Shown here in pieces: positions 1-14,412 of a stretch of 64,000 bases of DNA; position 1 is the stretch's first letter, and each line of letters begins with the position of its first letter. Source of the stretch: Azolla caroliniana (Eukaryota > Plantae > Polypodiophyta); contig JBHGNT010000030.1 of assembly GCA_043228905.1 (NCBI GenBank), positions 186,001 to 250,000 on the forward strand. Direction: 5' to 3'. The position numbers were made by a program, and so were the translations under genes. Below the pieces are notes generated by a model. That model saw nothing but the letters and a program-made list of their open reading frames with translations. It did not search any database and had not been told where the DNA came from.

Positions 1-325
1 TGTGACAATTAACTATTTATCGATTCTCCACTTGTCTTCAAACTACATATGCAGTTGATGAGATACTTGCCCAAACAACAGGCAATCAAATGGGGTAGAC
101 AAAGGGAGATTGGGGAAACATCGGAAACTAACACACATTTGATAGCACTAAACACACATTTGGTAGCACTAAGCAACAATCAACCAATGTTTGGGAATCT
201 TCCTTTATTGATTTTAATATGATTTCATAATTGGTTTATTATTATTGAAGCATTACTCTATTAATATATCAATGCAAACATATCTAACTAAAACATGGCT
301 ATCTATCTTTTCAGTCCAGCTTAGT

Positions 326-3300
326 CTACATACATATCTCATCGATGATGGCCTTCAACCCACTTTTGTAGCTTGGATACAGCAACTCAATTTGTAGCTC
401 ATCTTTCATGCGTTTGTTATCAACCTTCTTCTCTGCTCTCTGGTAAGGAACATATGAACCAGAAACTTTCGCATCCCCAATTTCCACATATTGTAACTTA
501 GAAGGCCATGTCTCATTTATTAGCATTCTAGCATATGAGAAGACTTCAGCACGCGAAGCAGGGTCATCATCCACAACATTGTAAATCCTCCTATTGGCAA
601 TTAAACAAAAAATTCAGCATTACCCTGGATGACAGATAATTAATGAATGGAGTCCGTCTCGCCACGCCAGAGTATGATATTATGGAGTCTAGGAATACTA
701 TGTTTACAAATTATGATATGATAGTAGTTCAAAGGGATTTGGTGCGAGATCATTGGAAACTTGGATGAGCTTCACCATCATGTCAATAACCTATTAGCTT
801 TTCTAGGTATGCTGGTTACTATTTAAGCTTATTAGCTATAGTGTTCACATGACAAAGGTTACCCTCCAGAATGATGAATATCACACATGAAAACATATAA
901 TTAAGAGGTGTGTATGAAATTTAACAAAAAGAAAAAAGTGTTGCTATTTCTTTACCCAGAAACTGGTGATTCGATGCTCGCCATTAACACTCTGCAAATA
1001 TCTTTAACATGGATGCGAGATGTGTGTTGCCGTGTTTCTCTACTGTGTTGTTTCATGGACAGTTCACTAGAACTAAGAATAGTGTTGATTGCACTGCAAA
1101 GAATGACATGTTTTAACAAGTTACGAATTTGCATCCATACAAGGATTTGATCAAAACTAGGAAGCATGATGATATGTAATGCATCAGACATAGATTTAAC
1201 CTGTTAGCACCCATTTATAATAAATAATAATAATTTGATATACGACCAAAAGGAAATAATATAGTGCCGAATTTTCACCAAATGGTTGTTTTCAAGGTTT
1301 ATATAATGAACATAAAATAAAAGGTCACCTTCTTCCAGGACCGTATATTCCTCCGAGGCGGAACACCTGAACACAACTACCTGTCTCGGCACCTAATTGT
1401 AGCCATGCTTCCTCTGCTTCCCGCCTTGCAACGCCCCGCTTATTAACTGGATTAGTTCGTGTACTATCCAATTGAAAAAACCAGAAACACACTTAATTTT
1501 CATCATATACTTAATATATTAATTTAAATGTATATTTCATTTTATATGTATTAAATATTAGACTGCCTTTTTTCTTTCCACCAAGAACTCACTTTTCATT
1601 AACCCATGCACCTCCATGATCACCGTATACACCTGAAAAATATAAACACCACAGTATCACACAAACAAGAAATTACAATTTATGGAACATAAAAGATAAG
1701 GTAAATAAGAAAATAAGCATTAATATACCAGTTGATGACAAGTAGCCTATCCAACGTAGATTTTTAGACATGGCTAAATCAGCAATATGATTTCTGTACA
1801 TTGACAAAACCTTCATTGATCAAGGTCTTAGTGCAAAAGATAAAGCTGAGAAATAGCTAGAACAAAGCACTAAGGTTAGGTTTTACAAACTGGATCCTTG
1901 TCAAAATCAGCCACTGGAGGTATTGTTGTGACAATATGAGTTGCATTACTCAGTGCAAGTATTCCTTCATCACTGAAATATCCAAAATAAACTGATATAG
2001 ATCAGTCTCTCTCCCTCTCATTTTCTGAGTAAAGAGTAATCTATTATACAACACAAAACACACAAATTCACAAAATCACTGTCAGACACCCCAAAATCAA
2101 GAACGTTTAAGCCTCAAGAACGTTTCATTAAATGTGATTTCTCATGTCTAGCGCTTTTTCTTGTATGGTGTACCACGCGATCAATTTCAGCAATGGCTCT
2201 TCAAGGACATTAATGAACGTTTATGAAATAACACCAATACACATTAAGCACATAATGGTAACTTACAATGGCAAGGCCTCTCTACAGCTTTAGGATAAGT
2301 ATGTTCTTAGGCCATCATGAGAACAAAGATAGGTTTGGACGCTACTGGATGCCAGCTGTATTGCTGCTGGTTGCCTGCATTCAATTGCATCACATACACA
2401 AGTGCTCTCTGAACCATGTCCTATTTGAGTTTTAATCAATATGAACCTGCTTCTCTAGAGTTCCAAAAGGTAGCATTACCTCATTATGGACATAAGAAGA
2501 AATGTACATGAGATTCCCTACCAGTAAAAATAATGAACGGCGTAGATAAGATAGGGTGAAGGTGGTTTACAGAGTTGTTATCGAAGAATCACACATGGAT
2601 CATGACATTACCAGTATTATTCCACTAAAGATTCAGATGATTGAAAACCGTCAGGTATTTTTTGGCCTAATGTGTGGTCAATCAGCCCTTTACAAGCAAG
2701 CTTTGTTCAGGTGCAGGAGGTGACAGCAGTACCAAAATGAGGCAAACACTGAATACTAGGGTCAACCAGTGAGATGGTGGGGGATAAGCTTCATCATCAG
2801 GAGAGGAACAGCCCAAATGACCAGCCAAGACCCCTAAAATGGCTAGTCAGTAGTAAAGAAGGTGAGAGCGGAGACACAACCAGAATTTTTGCCTACCAGA
2901 CCTGTGGTGGAAAGAACATCATTCGATAATTTTGCCACTCCCATGAAAATATCCAGGAATGCAAAATATCAAACCCAAAAGATGAAGTAGAAACATTAAC
3001 CATTTTGAAAGGATACATATAAAAGGTATAACTTCAAAATACCAAAGATTGACAATCTGACACTAGATACAAGGAAAATAATATTAGAAAAATGAAATGC
3101 ATTGATCAACTAGAAAACGGGAAGAAAAAAACATAAATATATGTCAACCTAATGCCTGGGTTCACAAATATGCCCATAAATCCAAAGTCTGATGTAACAA
3201 TCAGTCATTAACCACAAAAAAGATGAAATACGCTTCAAGTTAGAGTTGAGACCATATTGGAAAGTTTACATCCCATTTTTTTCTATGGTCTTTCTTTAAA

Positions 3301-5004
3301 AGGTAGACCACAACCATTAAAAAACTTGAAAAATGTGTGCCAAACAAAAAACCACTATTTCTAGAATGGTTGAAAAATAAAAATATTATGTGCAAATTAT
3401 ATAAGAAATATATGTGTTGATCAATGGAATTATTGCTTTGTTAATAAAGGTCATATTTGTATGATCTAGAATAGATATATACACGTTATATTTTGCTAAT
3501 TTATAAACTTATCATGGTGGTAATAAAAACAAGACCCATGACTATCTCTAAAGACCCTAAATGACGAATACAAGACAAGTGTTTCTTTCAAAAAGCTTCT
3601 ATAACAAAAATTGCATGAAGTAGCTCAAACACTCTTTTCCATAAAATTTGATCAAAAAAGATGAGGACATTCAGAATACCTTCAAAATGACGGAATTTAA
3701 AGGACAGTACCAGAACAACTCACTTCAGTTCTTCACCATCATTATCAGAATTGAATTTGAATGTATGAAGTCCAAGGTTTTGAAGAGCCACACTCTTCTC
3801 TTCCGAGGAGCAAGTGCCCATGACATCCCTAATACATTAGGGAACAACGTTATATACTCACACAAGAGTCCATTAGGAATTGACGAAACTTACATTCAGA
3901 AAAATCTCCAATACAACAGAACACAATGAAAAATACATTTATTCATACATGTTCCTATACAAAGAAGTATATCCATAAAAATCTCAATGCAATACAAAAT
4001 AAATTATGAAATACACTCATAAACATAGCTAATACAATAGGAAACAAACATATTTATATGACATGATAAACAACATTATCCAATATGGTAAATGAAATAT
4101 ACACTCATAAACATCGCCACACGATACAAATATACACATAAACATCACTATCTAGCACTAAACATTGATAATACATCAACTTATTAGTATCCAAGAAATA
4201 AGGAACAATGAGAAATACATTCATAAACAACTCAATACAATAATTACTTCATAGACAAATCTCTATATAATAGAGAAACTTAGTACAATATATACTTATA
4301 GCATGAAACAATGACGTGCCATCGGAGATAATGAGAACTACACTCATACACATCCGTATACAACATAACAATATACTTATACACATCCCTGCCAATACAA
4401 TGAGAATATGCTCATTAACATGTCTATATAATAGAGAAACAAATTATGATATACATATATGTACATGCATACATATATATAACAGAGAAACAAATAATGA
4501 TATATGTGTGAATGTATACACTCATCACAAATCTCTCTCCAATAAACTATATAGAAATATGCATACGTCCATTAAACATCCATATACAATAAGAAACAAT
4601 GAGGGAAAAGAACATGGAAATGGCAGCATAATCTTTATCACATTATACTCATCCTAAACATCTCTACAATGATACACACTGTATCCGTACGCTTGCACAA
4701 CACCCGTACACAATACGAAATAATGGAGAGAAAAGGCACGAATTGTTTAGTTATCATGCAGGTTTGTTTACCAGCTATGATGCTCGTCTAGGATATGGCG
4801 TGCAAAGGAGAGACCCACAAACCCCAATCCAAAAATGAACATCTTCTTCTGCGAAGTGGGGGTGTTGGGAGAAGCAGTACAGTTGGAAGCCTTCATATGG
4901 ACGCATCTGGGCGGTCCACATCCGTACAGGGGCAGTTTAGATGAGAGAACAGAGTAGGCATGGAACCATGGTTTGCTTCCTACTGATGATGAAAGGGCCT
5001 CCAT
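326..5004 (-). CDS. YeeZ-like NAD(P)-binding Rossmann-fold / atypical SDR epimerase-family protein, probable organellar transit peptide; 8 exons
   Basis: Exons read on the minus strand with GT-AG boundaries and consistent phases: 5004-4772, 3828-3724, 1972-1891, 1810-1729, 1632-1593, 1463-1329, 1093-956, 590-326. The spliced protein contains FIFGLGFVG (GxGxxG), TTIPP, YLSSTGVYGDHGGAWVNE, FRLGGIYGPGRS, SRIHVKDIC, IYNVVDDDP and EKKVDNKRMKDEL..YPSYKSGL, matching the plant YeeZ-like family (Arabidopsis At1g19690-type, from memory). Confidence 0.92.
3920..4700. repeat. Degenerate AT-rich minisatellite in intron 1 of the SDR gene
   Basis: Recurring variants of a ~30-40 bp motif (ACAATGAGAAATACACTCATAAACATC) across the interval. 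Confidence 0.5.
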
Positions 5005-5136
5005 GTCCTGTTCTTGTTCACTTCACATGGTTTTCCAATTCAAGGAGCTATTTTTAATTATCAAGGAATTATGAGATTGATTGTATGTCAATTCATTCAT
5101 ACACAAAAACTAGTTCACACACATGTCTCTTGTTCC

Positions 5137-5386
5137 GGGGGGGGGGGGGGGGGGGGGCGCGAAAGCACGGATTAGCATCACTTAATCATGCCATCGGTTT
5201 CGATCGATCAAGTGTTAGCATAGACGGGAATGTGCCTCAACATCATGGGGACTATCTCCGATCAGATCGAACACACCCATGTGTCTCTAATCGGATCGAG
5301 CACCCATGTGGAAATCATGGGGGACTTACCCTGGATTAGATCGGAGCCGCCCATGTTTTTGTTGATATCATAAGGGGGGGGGGGGG
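5137..5386. repeat. Two poly-G tracts (5137-5157, 5374-5386) flanking a short segment with internal repeats
   Basis: G21 and G13 runs. Between them are repeated ATCATGGGG(G)ACT and GATCG..CACCCATGT motifs. Confidence 0.6.
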
Positions 5387-7766
5387 AACGCATTTGTCTT
5401 AGTAAATGTGGCTTTGGCATGAAGAATGTTGTGTCACATTAGTCCAACACTAAGAAAATCCACCTTAGTTAAGAAACTCAAACTCAATATTCGTGTAATT
5501 GGATATATGCCCATGCGGATTCGGGCACAACATTGTTTGGTAGATAAAAAGATGGGTGGGGTGTGACAACGATCGCACGATCTAAGATAGGGTGAGGTAA
5601 AAAATGACCTGCCTAGTAGAAATACAAGTTGATGACATGGCACATAATTATTGGCCACAAAAGATGTGGCTCGGGTGTAAGCTTTTTTTTCCTAATCTAC
5701 CAAGGCTAGACATATAACTATTTAAGGTGGTTGGTGAAGAAAATTGTGCCACATGCAATCCAGATAACTTTATCATCTCACAACTTTGGATATAGTCAAA
5801 GTAGTTAGAACCTTCTAGAAAGTCAATGGTCAACGCAAATTACAAGCCATACTAGACATTGTGTGCGCACCAAGCTTTCCCTTTTCAAAAAGAACTTGTA
5901 GTTGGAGTCATAATGTCTACAAATATACAAAAGAAGGTTTACATCACACAAAATGTCATAAAAGCAATTGGCCTCATTAGTGCTTCAAGACATGAGTTAA
6001 GGATCCCAAGTCCCCATACATAAGTGTGAAGTTCCTCTCAAGGGAGAAGTTTTGCAAATGGAAGAGGTGCTCTTGAGGGCCTACGGGAGAACGAAAAGAC
6101 TGGGAGATGAGGGAAAAAAAGGAAAAAGGGAAAGGAAATGCACAAAAGGGCGATGGTGAAAGCATGAATGGTAGAGAAAAAGACAAGAATTGCATGAACT
6201 AGCAAGTGATCATCATGACATATTAACACTTTGTGGAAACATGCTAAGATAATAACCTAGTAACGTCGTGAGTGAATGATAATGGCATTATGAGAATACA
6301 TTTGGTTGTACTTTCCCAATGATTGACCACAACCTCTTAAGTAGACTCATGAAGAAGAGGATACCCTCATCAATGATATCCCATGTGACCTTTGTGTGTG
6401 TGTGCATGATAAATTCTGCGATAATTGAAGCTTCTCAATAGTGGTGCTATTGGAAGATTAGGATTTAATGGTTTGTGATCTTCAATTCATCAAATGACAG
6501 ATTCAATTGTGGGAATTAAAGAAAATATGTCTTATGTGGAAACTTTTTAGCAAGAGATCTAGTCTTGAGAAGTAAATACAACATAAAGAAAAAATGTGTT
6601 AGATTGAAGACCTAGTGGGAGATCAATGATCGTTTGATATAGTGACAACCAATAGACAATAATTAGGGTTGAGGGGGCAAGACTATAGTGACACTTGGGC
6701 CTATGCTTTTAAGAAAGGTTTAAGCAATGTGTTAATTGCGAAGAATGGCCAATAGAGCAAAATCTTGCAAATAGCTATTAGAATATGACCTTTAGCATCC
6801 GTCTATCAAGCTATATCTTCTTAATGCATTTGTTAGGTCATCTCAACAAGGATAATACGTGGTGTTAGTGGTCATCAAGTTCAATGTCATTGCGTAGATG
6901 TAGGCTCCCGCATGACCAACAAATCAAGTTTTTATACAATCTAAGTTTTAAAATAGGACCATATTAAGCATAAAGATCATGTGACCCAAACAAAGTAAGG
7001 CTCACATAATTTATGCACTTGTGAGGCACACAAGATATTTAAATATCTAACCCTTGAAAAAAAGACTTTGTAAACAGCTTGTCCATACTCGGATGAAAAT
7101 TGTATGTTCTTACAAGTTTTATGTATCAATACGGACTTGATATGCATACATACATACATATGTATGCATATAGTGAGCTTTTTCATTCAATTGGGCATCT
7201 TTACAACCTCCATGTGTATCTAGATGAAATACATTTCATTTGCTAAATATGACATCTTGATTGAGCAAACAAAACTATCAGAATTATCCTTCATGTCATA
7301 TAAACAAGTCTTTTTCTTTTCTCTTTCCCAAAACAAACCAAACAGACTGATCAAGGAATTATCTCATGGATAAAGGGATTGCCATTTGTGAATGTAACAA
7401 GATTCAGCCTTTTTAAAAGATGTTTTATGTAAAGAGGATTTGAATTTTGTAAAAAATTGATACAATAGAATCTAAATAGCGATGGGGGCAAATTGTAGCC
7501 TCCATGACTGTTGGGATTCATGAGAAACCTCAAACTGTTTTGTTGCGAATGAAGAGAAGTGTCGAAGTGGATGGAAAATTGTTGTTAATGAACATGTTAA
7601 TGATTATACAAATTGGGGGTTGAGGGGCAAGGAAATTACAAGGTGAAAATAAAAAGACAAGTTAATATCTGGTTTCTCCAAAAGTATGATTGATGAAGAT
7701 GTTGGCAAGTTGCTCATACAACGTGTTTTTAAGGTTTCAAATAATTATGTTTATAATGTATGAACC

Positions 7767-10700
7767 TTAATGCTCAGTTTTCATTTGTCCAGGAAACAAT
7801 TGGCCTGCAATATACAAATACAATGTTAGCACATTATTATAGCACACCAATCTAACCAGCTGTCCATACATACATACATATGTGTATGTATGTATGTACA
7901 TGTTTTGTTTTGTTTTTCGACTTGGGATTTGGGGGCATTTGTCTTGCTACATAGTGTAGTTTGAGAGCTTTTGGATTTTCAACCTTAATGGCCGTGATTC
8001 ATATCGAAATCCAAGGAGATGCTCAATCATGTCGCATAGACAAATATATGTATGTCATTGTAACACATTTTATTGGCTAAAAGGATCCTTCATGATAGGA
8101 CTTATTTTACCTTGAAACCCACTTTGAACCACACTTTGAAGCTCCCCCATATCCCATCCCTGTGAAAATGATAAAATGTGTGTTATAATGACATGATAAA
8201 GAAACATTTCAGGAAAATAAAATAAAACAACATTATAATGAGTTTAGAGTTCATTGCAATTGCATTATTCAAAAAGCAAATAAAAAACCATGCACACAAA
8301 ACACAAACAAATGTGCCTTGCTAGTAGTGTTGACAAAAAACATGCATCCCATGTGTAGACTTCACTTGCTTTATTTAGAAATCACCTTTAAATTCTGTAT
8401 ATGCATGCACATGGGTACGTGTATGTGTGTATGTGTATGTGTAACCTTAACAAAAAACATTGAAGGGAATAAGTTCCTATACAAAGCAAATTATAGAGGA
8501 TTGGTTAGAACCTGTGATAGTGAATTTCCGAAGGCATTCAATGTAGATTGTGTGGCATTAGTTAATGATGTGGGATGTGGTCCAACAAAAGCATTATGCT
8601 CATGTTGTGGATGGAGGTTCGGGTAAGGGATCTCATTCTCTTGTCCGAAATGTATTGCCGAAGGAGCCATTCTCGATGGCTCAATATTCCTCTGTCCCAA
8701 GAAAAAAACCTCAAGCATGACTCTCTTGAAAAAACAAATACTGCAATGTACCAACATACTCCTGACCTTTTCGATATCTACCGGAATATAGCCCCAAAGT
8801 TATCGAATTTTACCAAAATATCCCTTAGTAGTAATATAATTATGGATGAAATCTACAGGCAAGCCCTAGGTATATCCCGTTCGGGAAATTTTTGTTTGCC
8901 TATCGGTTGAGTGCACTTTTCATGCACGAAATCATAAGTTAAGAGCAAAATTTCATAAATTTATAAGAACTTAGAAGAAAATGTACATATAAATCTATAG
9001 GTTTTCTTCCTTATTCCAAGGGGCAAGTTGAAGTTTTCTCCAAAAGACTCCCTACATAGCATTAGATTATACAATCTTCAGGACTTATTGGTTGAGTGGA
9101 CTTCATGAAATCATATAAGGAAATTATGACAGATTACCATAAATGTTTTCCATGAGAAGAACTGTATAATTTTTTCTCAGGGTTTCTTCCTTTGATAAAA
9201 TTTTCTAAATAGCAAGGAAAAAAAAAAACTCAACCAGCATTTTAATAACCTAGTTGACCAATTATTCCCACAGCCTAGATAGCATTATATTATAAATGAA
9301 TGATAAAACGGCCACACAACATGATCCGACTCTCATCCCCACCATTCGATATATATAATCATCTTCCCCTGTGCCCTAGGTTTTACACATGGAGCCTATA
9401 TATTTATTCCTATGCCTCAGTACAATGAATAAATATCATGTTGGAACTACCTTAATCCTCACAAGGACAGTGTTAAAAGTCTAAGTCCATTTAGGACTCA
9501 AATGAAAGAATGCACCATTTTTTTCCTGAGCCCCGCACAAGATAGGTCAATAGGTGTTAGTGATTTAAGACTGTTGGATATTTTTATTTCGAATGACTAA
9601 CCTCATGCCCAAACACAGTTTCCATGTTGAATTCGGCCACTCTCGGGTTCATCACCGCCAATTTCATCGACAAAAACTACATAAAGAAGGACAAATTTGA
9701 TTGTCAAGAAGAGCTTTCAAAACTTGTTAAAGTGTTTTAAAAGAAGTTGTTTTTCACCAGCAATATCACAGTCCAAGAACATTTAATGCATACATATATA
9801 TGCGTGTGTATGCATGTATGTGTATCTATCTATCTATTTATATATATATACATAATCTCACCTCCACTTGTCTTTGGAGAGATTGAACATAGTTTATTAT
9901 TTCGTCAAGCATCACGGCTTTGCCGGTTACCTACAATTTATAACCCCCAACACATAAAATGAGTGTGTTACATCAAATTTCATGCATGGAATTGATTGCC
10001 TATCTACATAAAAGAACGAAAAGCAACTCACCTTGCTGCAACCAGGCACTAGATCTTGCAAGTATTTCATTCTTTCACTTATCTTCTCTCGCCGAACCTA
10101 TCATTATAACATAAGAGGTATGATGTATCTATGATATACAAGGACCATAACATGATAATGGCATGATAAACCTTGTTTGATGATACAAATGACATGATAC
10201 ACCTCAGTTAATCAGATCAATCTTGTTTAATGATAAAACGGACAAAAACATGATCATGAATGATGATAAATGTGGTTTGATGATACAACATGATGATGAG
10301 TGACAATAGCCCTTGTTTGATACAAAAAGTGAACATGATGAACCTTGGGAAACCTTTTTTATGATAGAAATGGACAACAAAGATGCTAAAATCCCATGGA
10401 TTATTTGGTGGAAAGGTTTTACCCTCTCGGCAAGGCTGTGGCTGTCGGTTGCCTGACCCCGTCTTGCTCTCACATGAATAAAGTCTTGTTTTGGTGCAGT
10501 GTCAGTAGGTTTAACAGAATTTTCTTTAGTAGATTTGGGAGTAGATTCTCCAGAGTTCACACTAGTGCTACACTGCTCTACTTTTGCATATTGATCCCCA
10601 TCGAGAGCACTAAAAGATATATTATCATCGCCTTTCTTGCATTTCAACTTGCCAGCTTCATCAGTCTCCGGAACATCCTGTTTGTGAGGCAAAATGCCAC

Positions 10701-12428
10701 AATTAGTTTCAGGGATCAAGTATACCTCCAAACATATCCATTCAATGATGTGAAAGAAAATTCTCCTCAAAGATCCATAGTGTTCACTTGGGCTGACATG
10801 CACCCATTCTTTCTTTATCATATTTACTGCCCAGATCTACAAGAGTGCACTATCCACATTCGCCATATATAGATAGATAGGTATATACATACATGTGCAT
10901 ATCGACATTCACCATGAATTCTAATGTAAGCTTTCATTTGAAATTACCTATTTAGGACATCGGGGAGAGGCATCATTCATAGATGATATAAGGGGTTTTC
11001 CTAGATAGTCCTTCAATGCACACGATATAGAGGGTTACCACAAAGTGAACCCCACCTCTTCCTTGCTGATCCCAGAGATTAAGATAATAAGAGTTTGCAC
11101 ATAGATCCTTACCTTTGGTTTGATAGAGAAACTGTCTCTCTCTTCTTCTTCTTCTGCGCATTTTCGTTTTGAACCCACTTTTCTTTTCCTTCCAAGAGGT
11201 CTTCCATTGCTATTGTTCATTTTTTCACAACTAGAAGAGACATCTTGAGAACCCATATTGCAGTCATCGGACTCATTCATAGAGCTAGTGGTTACCTTGA
11301 TCTCCAAATTACTCTTCTTTCTCGGGTTTTGTAGTATGGTAATAATGTTGTGATCCACATGCTCATTTAAGATGCTGGCCTCTGGTAGTGAGCATTTTGA
11401 AACCATAGTATGACCCTCTTGAGTTAGATTCTTATGGCCATTAGTAAAAAGTATACCTCTATCAACAACATTTGTGAAGGATTCCGGATGCATATTCATG
11501 TTGCCACCAAGCCGTGAGAATCTAGTTGCAGTCACAGGCCTCTCAGGAGAGTATCTTTGAAGAAGATTTATGCTGTCTGATGATGAGGAGACGAGATTGG
11601 CATTCATGGTACCTTGGCATGGACAATAATAATACTCGCTGAGATTCCATGGGAATCTGAAGTTGAACTAAGCATTAATATATACTAACTAGTGATGATG
11701 TAAGATTGATATTCATATAGGTATTATCTCAAGTTATACAGAAAAACTAGGTATACTGTCTAGCAACAACATATAACAAAACTTAGAATGTATGCTACTT
11801 AATAATACAAGAGTTTTAGCATACCTGACATATCTACAATGGAAGGAATTATATCGATAGAGGAAGGATCATTAGTGTGTGAATTTGAACCCGAATTAGT
11901 CTTCGAAGTTGGTAGAGAAGAAGAATCCTTGTGTACATATTTTTGCAATTCATGGTGTTGAATGAGCTGACCTGTACTGTTATAATGTATGTAATCAGTC
12001 AGGCCTTCAAGAAGTGCACTGTTGTAACAGTGTCCTTCCTCCCCAGCTGCTGTCCATGGGATATGATGATTATTGACCATATTACCTATCCTTAGACAAG
12101 AAATTTTATTGTTATTGTTGCTGTTATCCCACTTTGATCTACCTTCAGAAGGTAGTCTATTAGGGTTTCTCAACTGACCTAGATCTGTCTCGTCATCATC
12201 ATGAGATTCCATCAGACCATTTACATTAAAGTGTTGTTGTTGATGGCGATTTTCTTCTCTAACTTTTTCTTCTTCATCATCTTCTTCTTCTTCTTCATTG
12301 TTATTGTTATGATTCATTAGCTGTGGATTTGTAAGATGAAGAAGAACAGAGGAGGTTGGCATTATCTCCATTGATGCTGAAGGATTAGGGTTTGGATAAT
12401 GCTGTGAGAGGAAGGACTGATTATCCAT
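7767..12428 (-). CDS. bHLH transcription factor, subfamily XII (CIB/BEE/bHLH63-like); 9 exons
   Basis: Exons 12428-11825, 11612-11113, 10677-10423, 10097-10032, 9930-9862, 9676-9602, 8691-8512, 8159-8111, 7804-7767, with GT-AG boundaries and consistent phases. The domain reads DFIHVRARRGQATDSHSLAER|VRREKISERMKYLQDLVPGCSK|VTGKAVMLDEIINYVQSLQRQVE|FLSMKLA, followed by ELQSVVQSGF and a terminal MKTEH, as in CIB-type proteins. The two N-terminal exon boundaries are less certain. Confidence 0.92.
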
Positions 12429-12839
12429 GGATATATATATATAGCTAGATTTATGTATATGTATGGATCTGTCAGGAAATTAGACTGGGTCTTGACCAAA
12501 TTATGAATACAGCCTTGTGGAGCCACATTTCTTCTGCATTGAATTGCAGACCATACAATATATGAATGACAGTAGATTTTCACTCTCCAAAAACCCTAGC
12601 TTTTCTTTCTTTTTTTAAACACAAAGATGGGGGAAAAAGGATAACGGTGGGCCTCCGTCCGTCGTCGTCTTCTTCTTCTAATACTACTACTACTTCTTCT
12701 TCTTTACTCTGTTTCGTCTTCTCTTTTGCTTCTTTATCTATGTTAGGACTTGGGGGTGAGAGGGCGAGAGCTTTCCTCAGCTATGGCCTTTCTTCTAACA
12801 GGGAGGGGATGGATGGATTGGTGGCAAAAACAGAATTGA

Positions 12840-12945
12840 GGGAGACAGGCGGGACAGAGACACAGTTTAGAAAGAGAGACAGAGACAGAGAAAGAGAGAG
12901 AAAGAGAAAGAGACAGAGACAGAGACAGAGACAGAGAGGAGAAGA
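12840..12945. repeat. GA/GAGACA microsatellite, probably the 5' UTR/TSS region (CT-rich on the sense strand) of the bHLH gene
   Basis: (GAGACA)n/(GA)n run upstream of the bHLH start codon. Confidence 0.6.
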
Positions 12946-12953
12946 GTGTAATG

Positions 12954-13090
12954 CATAGTATGAACCATACGTGCATTCGCCTAAGAGAATGTTTCAATCC
13001 TTTCGCGTATGGTAAATACCATAGTATGAACCATACGTGCATTCTCATTCGAGAATGTTTCAATCATTCGCGTAAGAAAAACCATACTTT
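12954..13090. repeat. Two-copy ~67-bp tandem repeat upstream of the bHLH gene
   Basis: ATAGTATGAACCATACGTGCATTC...GAGAATGTTTCAATC.TTCGCGTA occurs twice, with further degenerate copies to ~13400. Confidence 0.75.
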
Positions 13091-13507
13091 TGGATTAACT
13101 ATTTATTATGAGGTAAATAAGTCTTAAAAAAAAAGGAAAAAAAACCATTTAAAAAATGGAAAAAAACACAAGAATGTTTGAATAACATTCTCATTCGTTT
13201 TCCAACGTAGGAAAACGAATGTTATGCTAGACGACGACGAATTTTACGTACTATGGTAAAATACCATACTTCTGTGTATTCATTATTTATTATAAGGTAA
13301 AACAAATTTTAAGGTAAGAAAGGTAAAGGTAAAAAAGTGTAAAGAAAACATAAGAATGTTTTTGATAACATACGCATTCGTTTTCATCCGTATGAAAAGA
13401 AAAGAATTTTGGCAAATGCATTCGAGTATATTACGTAATACGTACTATGGCACTGTAATGTATAGTCACTACTCACTAGGGTGTATGTATGTATGGATTG
13501 AGATCTC

Positions 13508-13670
13508 TAAAGATGATGGGCAGGCGGGCGGGCGGGAAGCCGATGGCCGGCCGGACACAAAACTTGGGCCCGAGCCGATTGACCCAGCCGGGACACAAAA
13601 CTAGACCCGGCCCGGACACGAAAACTTGGCCGAGCCGATGCCCCAGCCGGACACGAAAACTTGTCCGAGT
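13508..13670 (+). mobile_element. Possible hAT-type DNA transposon terminus with subterminal repeats
   Basis: Starts TAAAGATG (resembling the hAT TA(G/A)(A/G)GATG TIR). It is followed by a GC-rich patch with four (G/C)CCGGACAC(A/G)AAACT-like repeats. The other end was not found. Confidence 0.35.
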
Positions 13671-14004
13671 TAATATGTATTTTTATAGTACTACACACTA
13701 GCAAGTGTTTAGAACACACTAAAATCCAGTTTTGAGTGAACCTCACGTCCGGATGGGGGGGCCCACGTTCACACACCCCCTGCCACGTGGCGACACCCCA
13801 TTGGTTGCCCCCCCCCTTTTTTTTTGGGCTTCCTTTTTATTTATTTTATTTTTCTTTGCTCTGTTTTTTTGTTTGGAAAGATGAGCACTGAGAATCAACT
13901 AACTCTCTCCTCCTCCTCTTCTTCTTCTTCTTCTTTTTTTTAAAAAAAATCATTTTTTTTGGTTATTTTATTTATTGATATTTATTTTCTTGGCCCTCCC
14001 TCTC

Positions 14005-14255
14005 CTATTATTTATTTATTTATTTAGCCCTATTTTATCTCATTAATTTGTTTTAATTATTTATTCTTGAGCCCTACTTTTCCTTCCTTCCTTCCTTTCT
14101 TTCTTTTTGTTACTTCCCCTTCTTCTATCCAATCTTCTATTTATTTATTTAGCCCTATTTATCTCATATTAATTGTTTTAGTTATTTATTTTTGAGCCCT
14201 ACTTTTCCTTTCTTTCTTTCTTTTTTTACTCCCCCTTCTTCTAAGTTCTATCCAA
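14005..14255. repeat. ~130-bp AT-rich tandem duplication, followed by a (GA)n microsatellite at 14368-14411
   Basis: TATTTATTTATTTAGCCCTATTT...GAGCCCTACTTTTCCTT...CCCCTTCTTCTA occurs twice. Confidence 0.7.
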
Positions 14256-14365
14256 CCTTTTTTTTGTCTTTTTGGGGTTTTGTGAGACAGATTTTATTTA
14301 ATTGTGTTTCTAACCTTAAAGTCTCCACAAATAATTTATTTGATTGATATTGTTTTTTCCCTTCG

Positions 14366-14412
<47 letters not shown>

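Noticed and set aside
8757-8915. Possible MITE in a bHLH intron (TACTCCTGACC...GGTTGAGTG)
   Set aside because: The inverted termini are too imperfect and no TSD could be confirmed.
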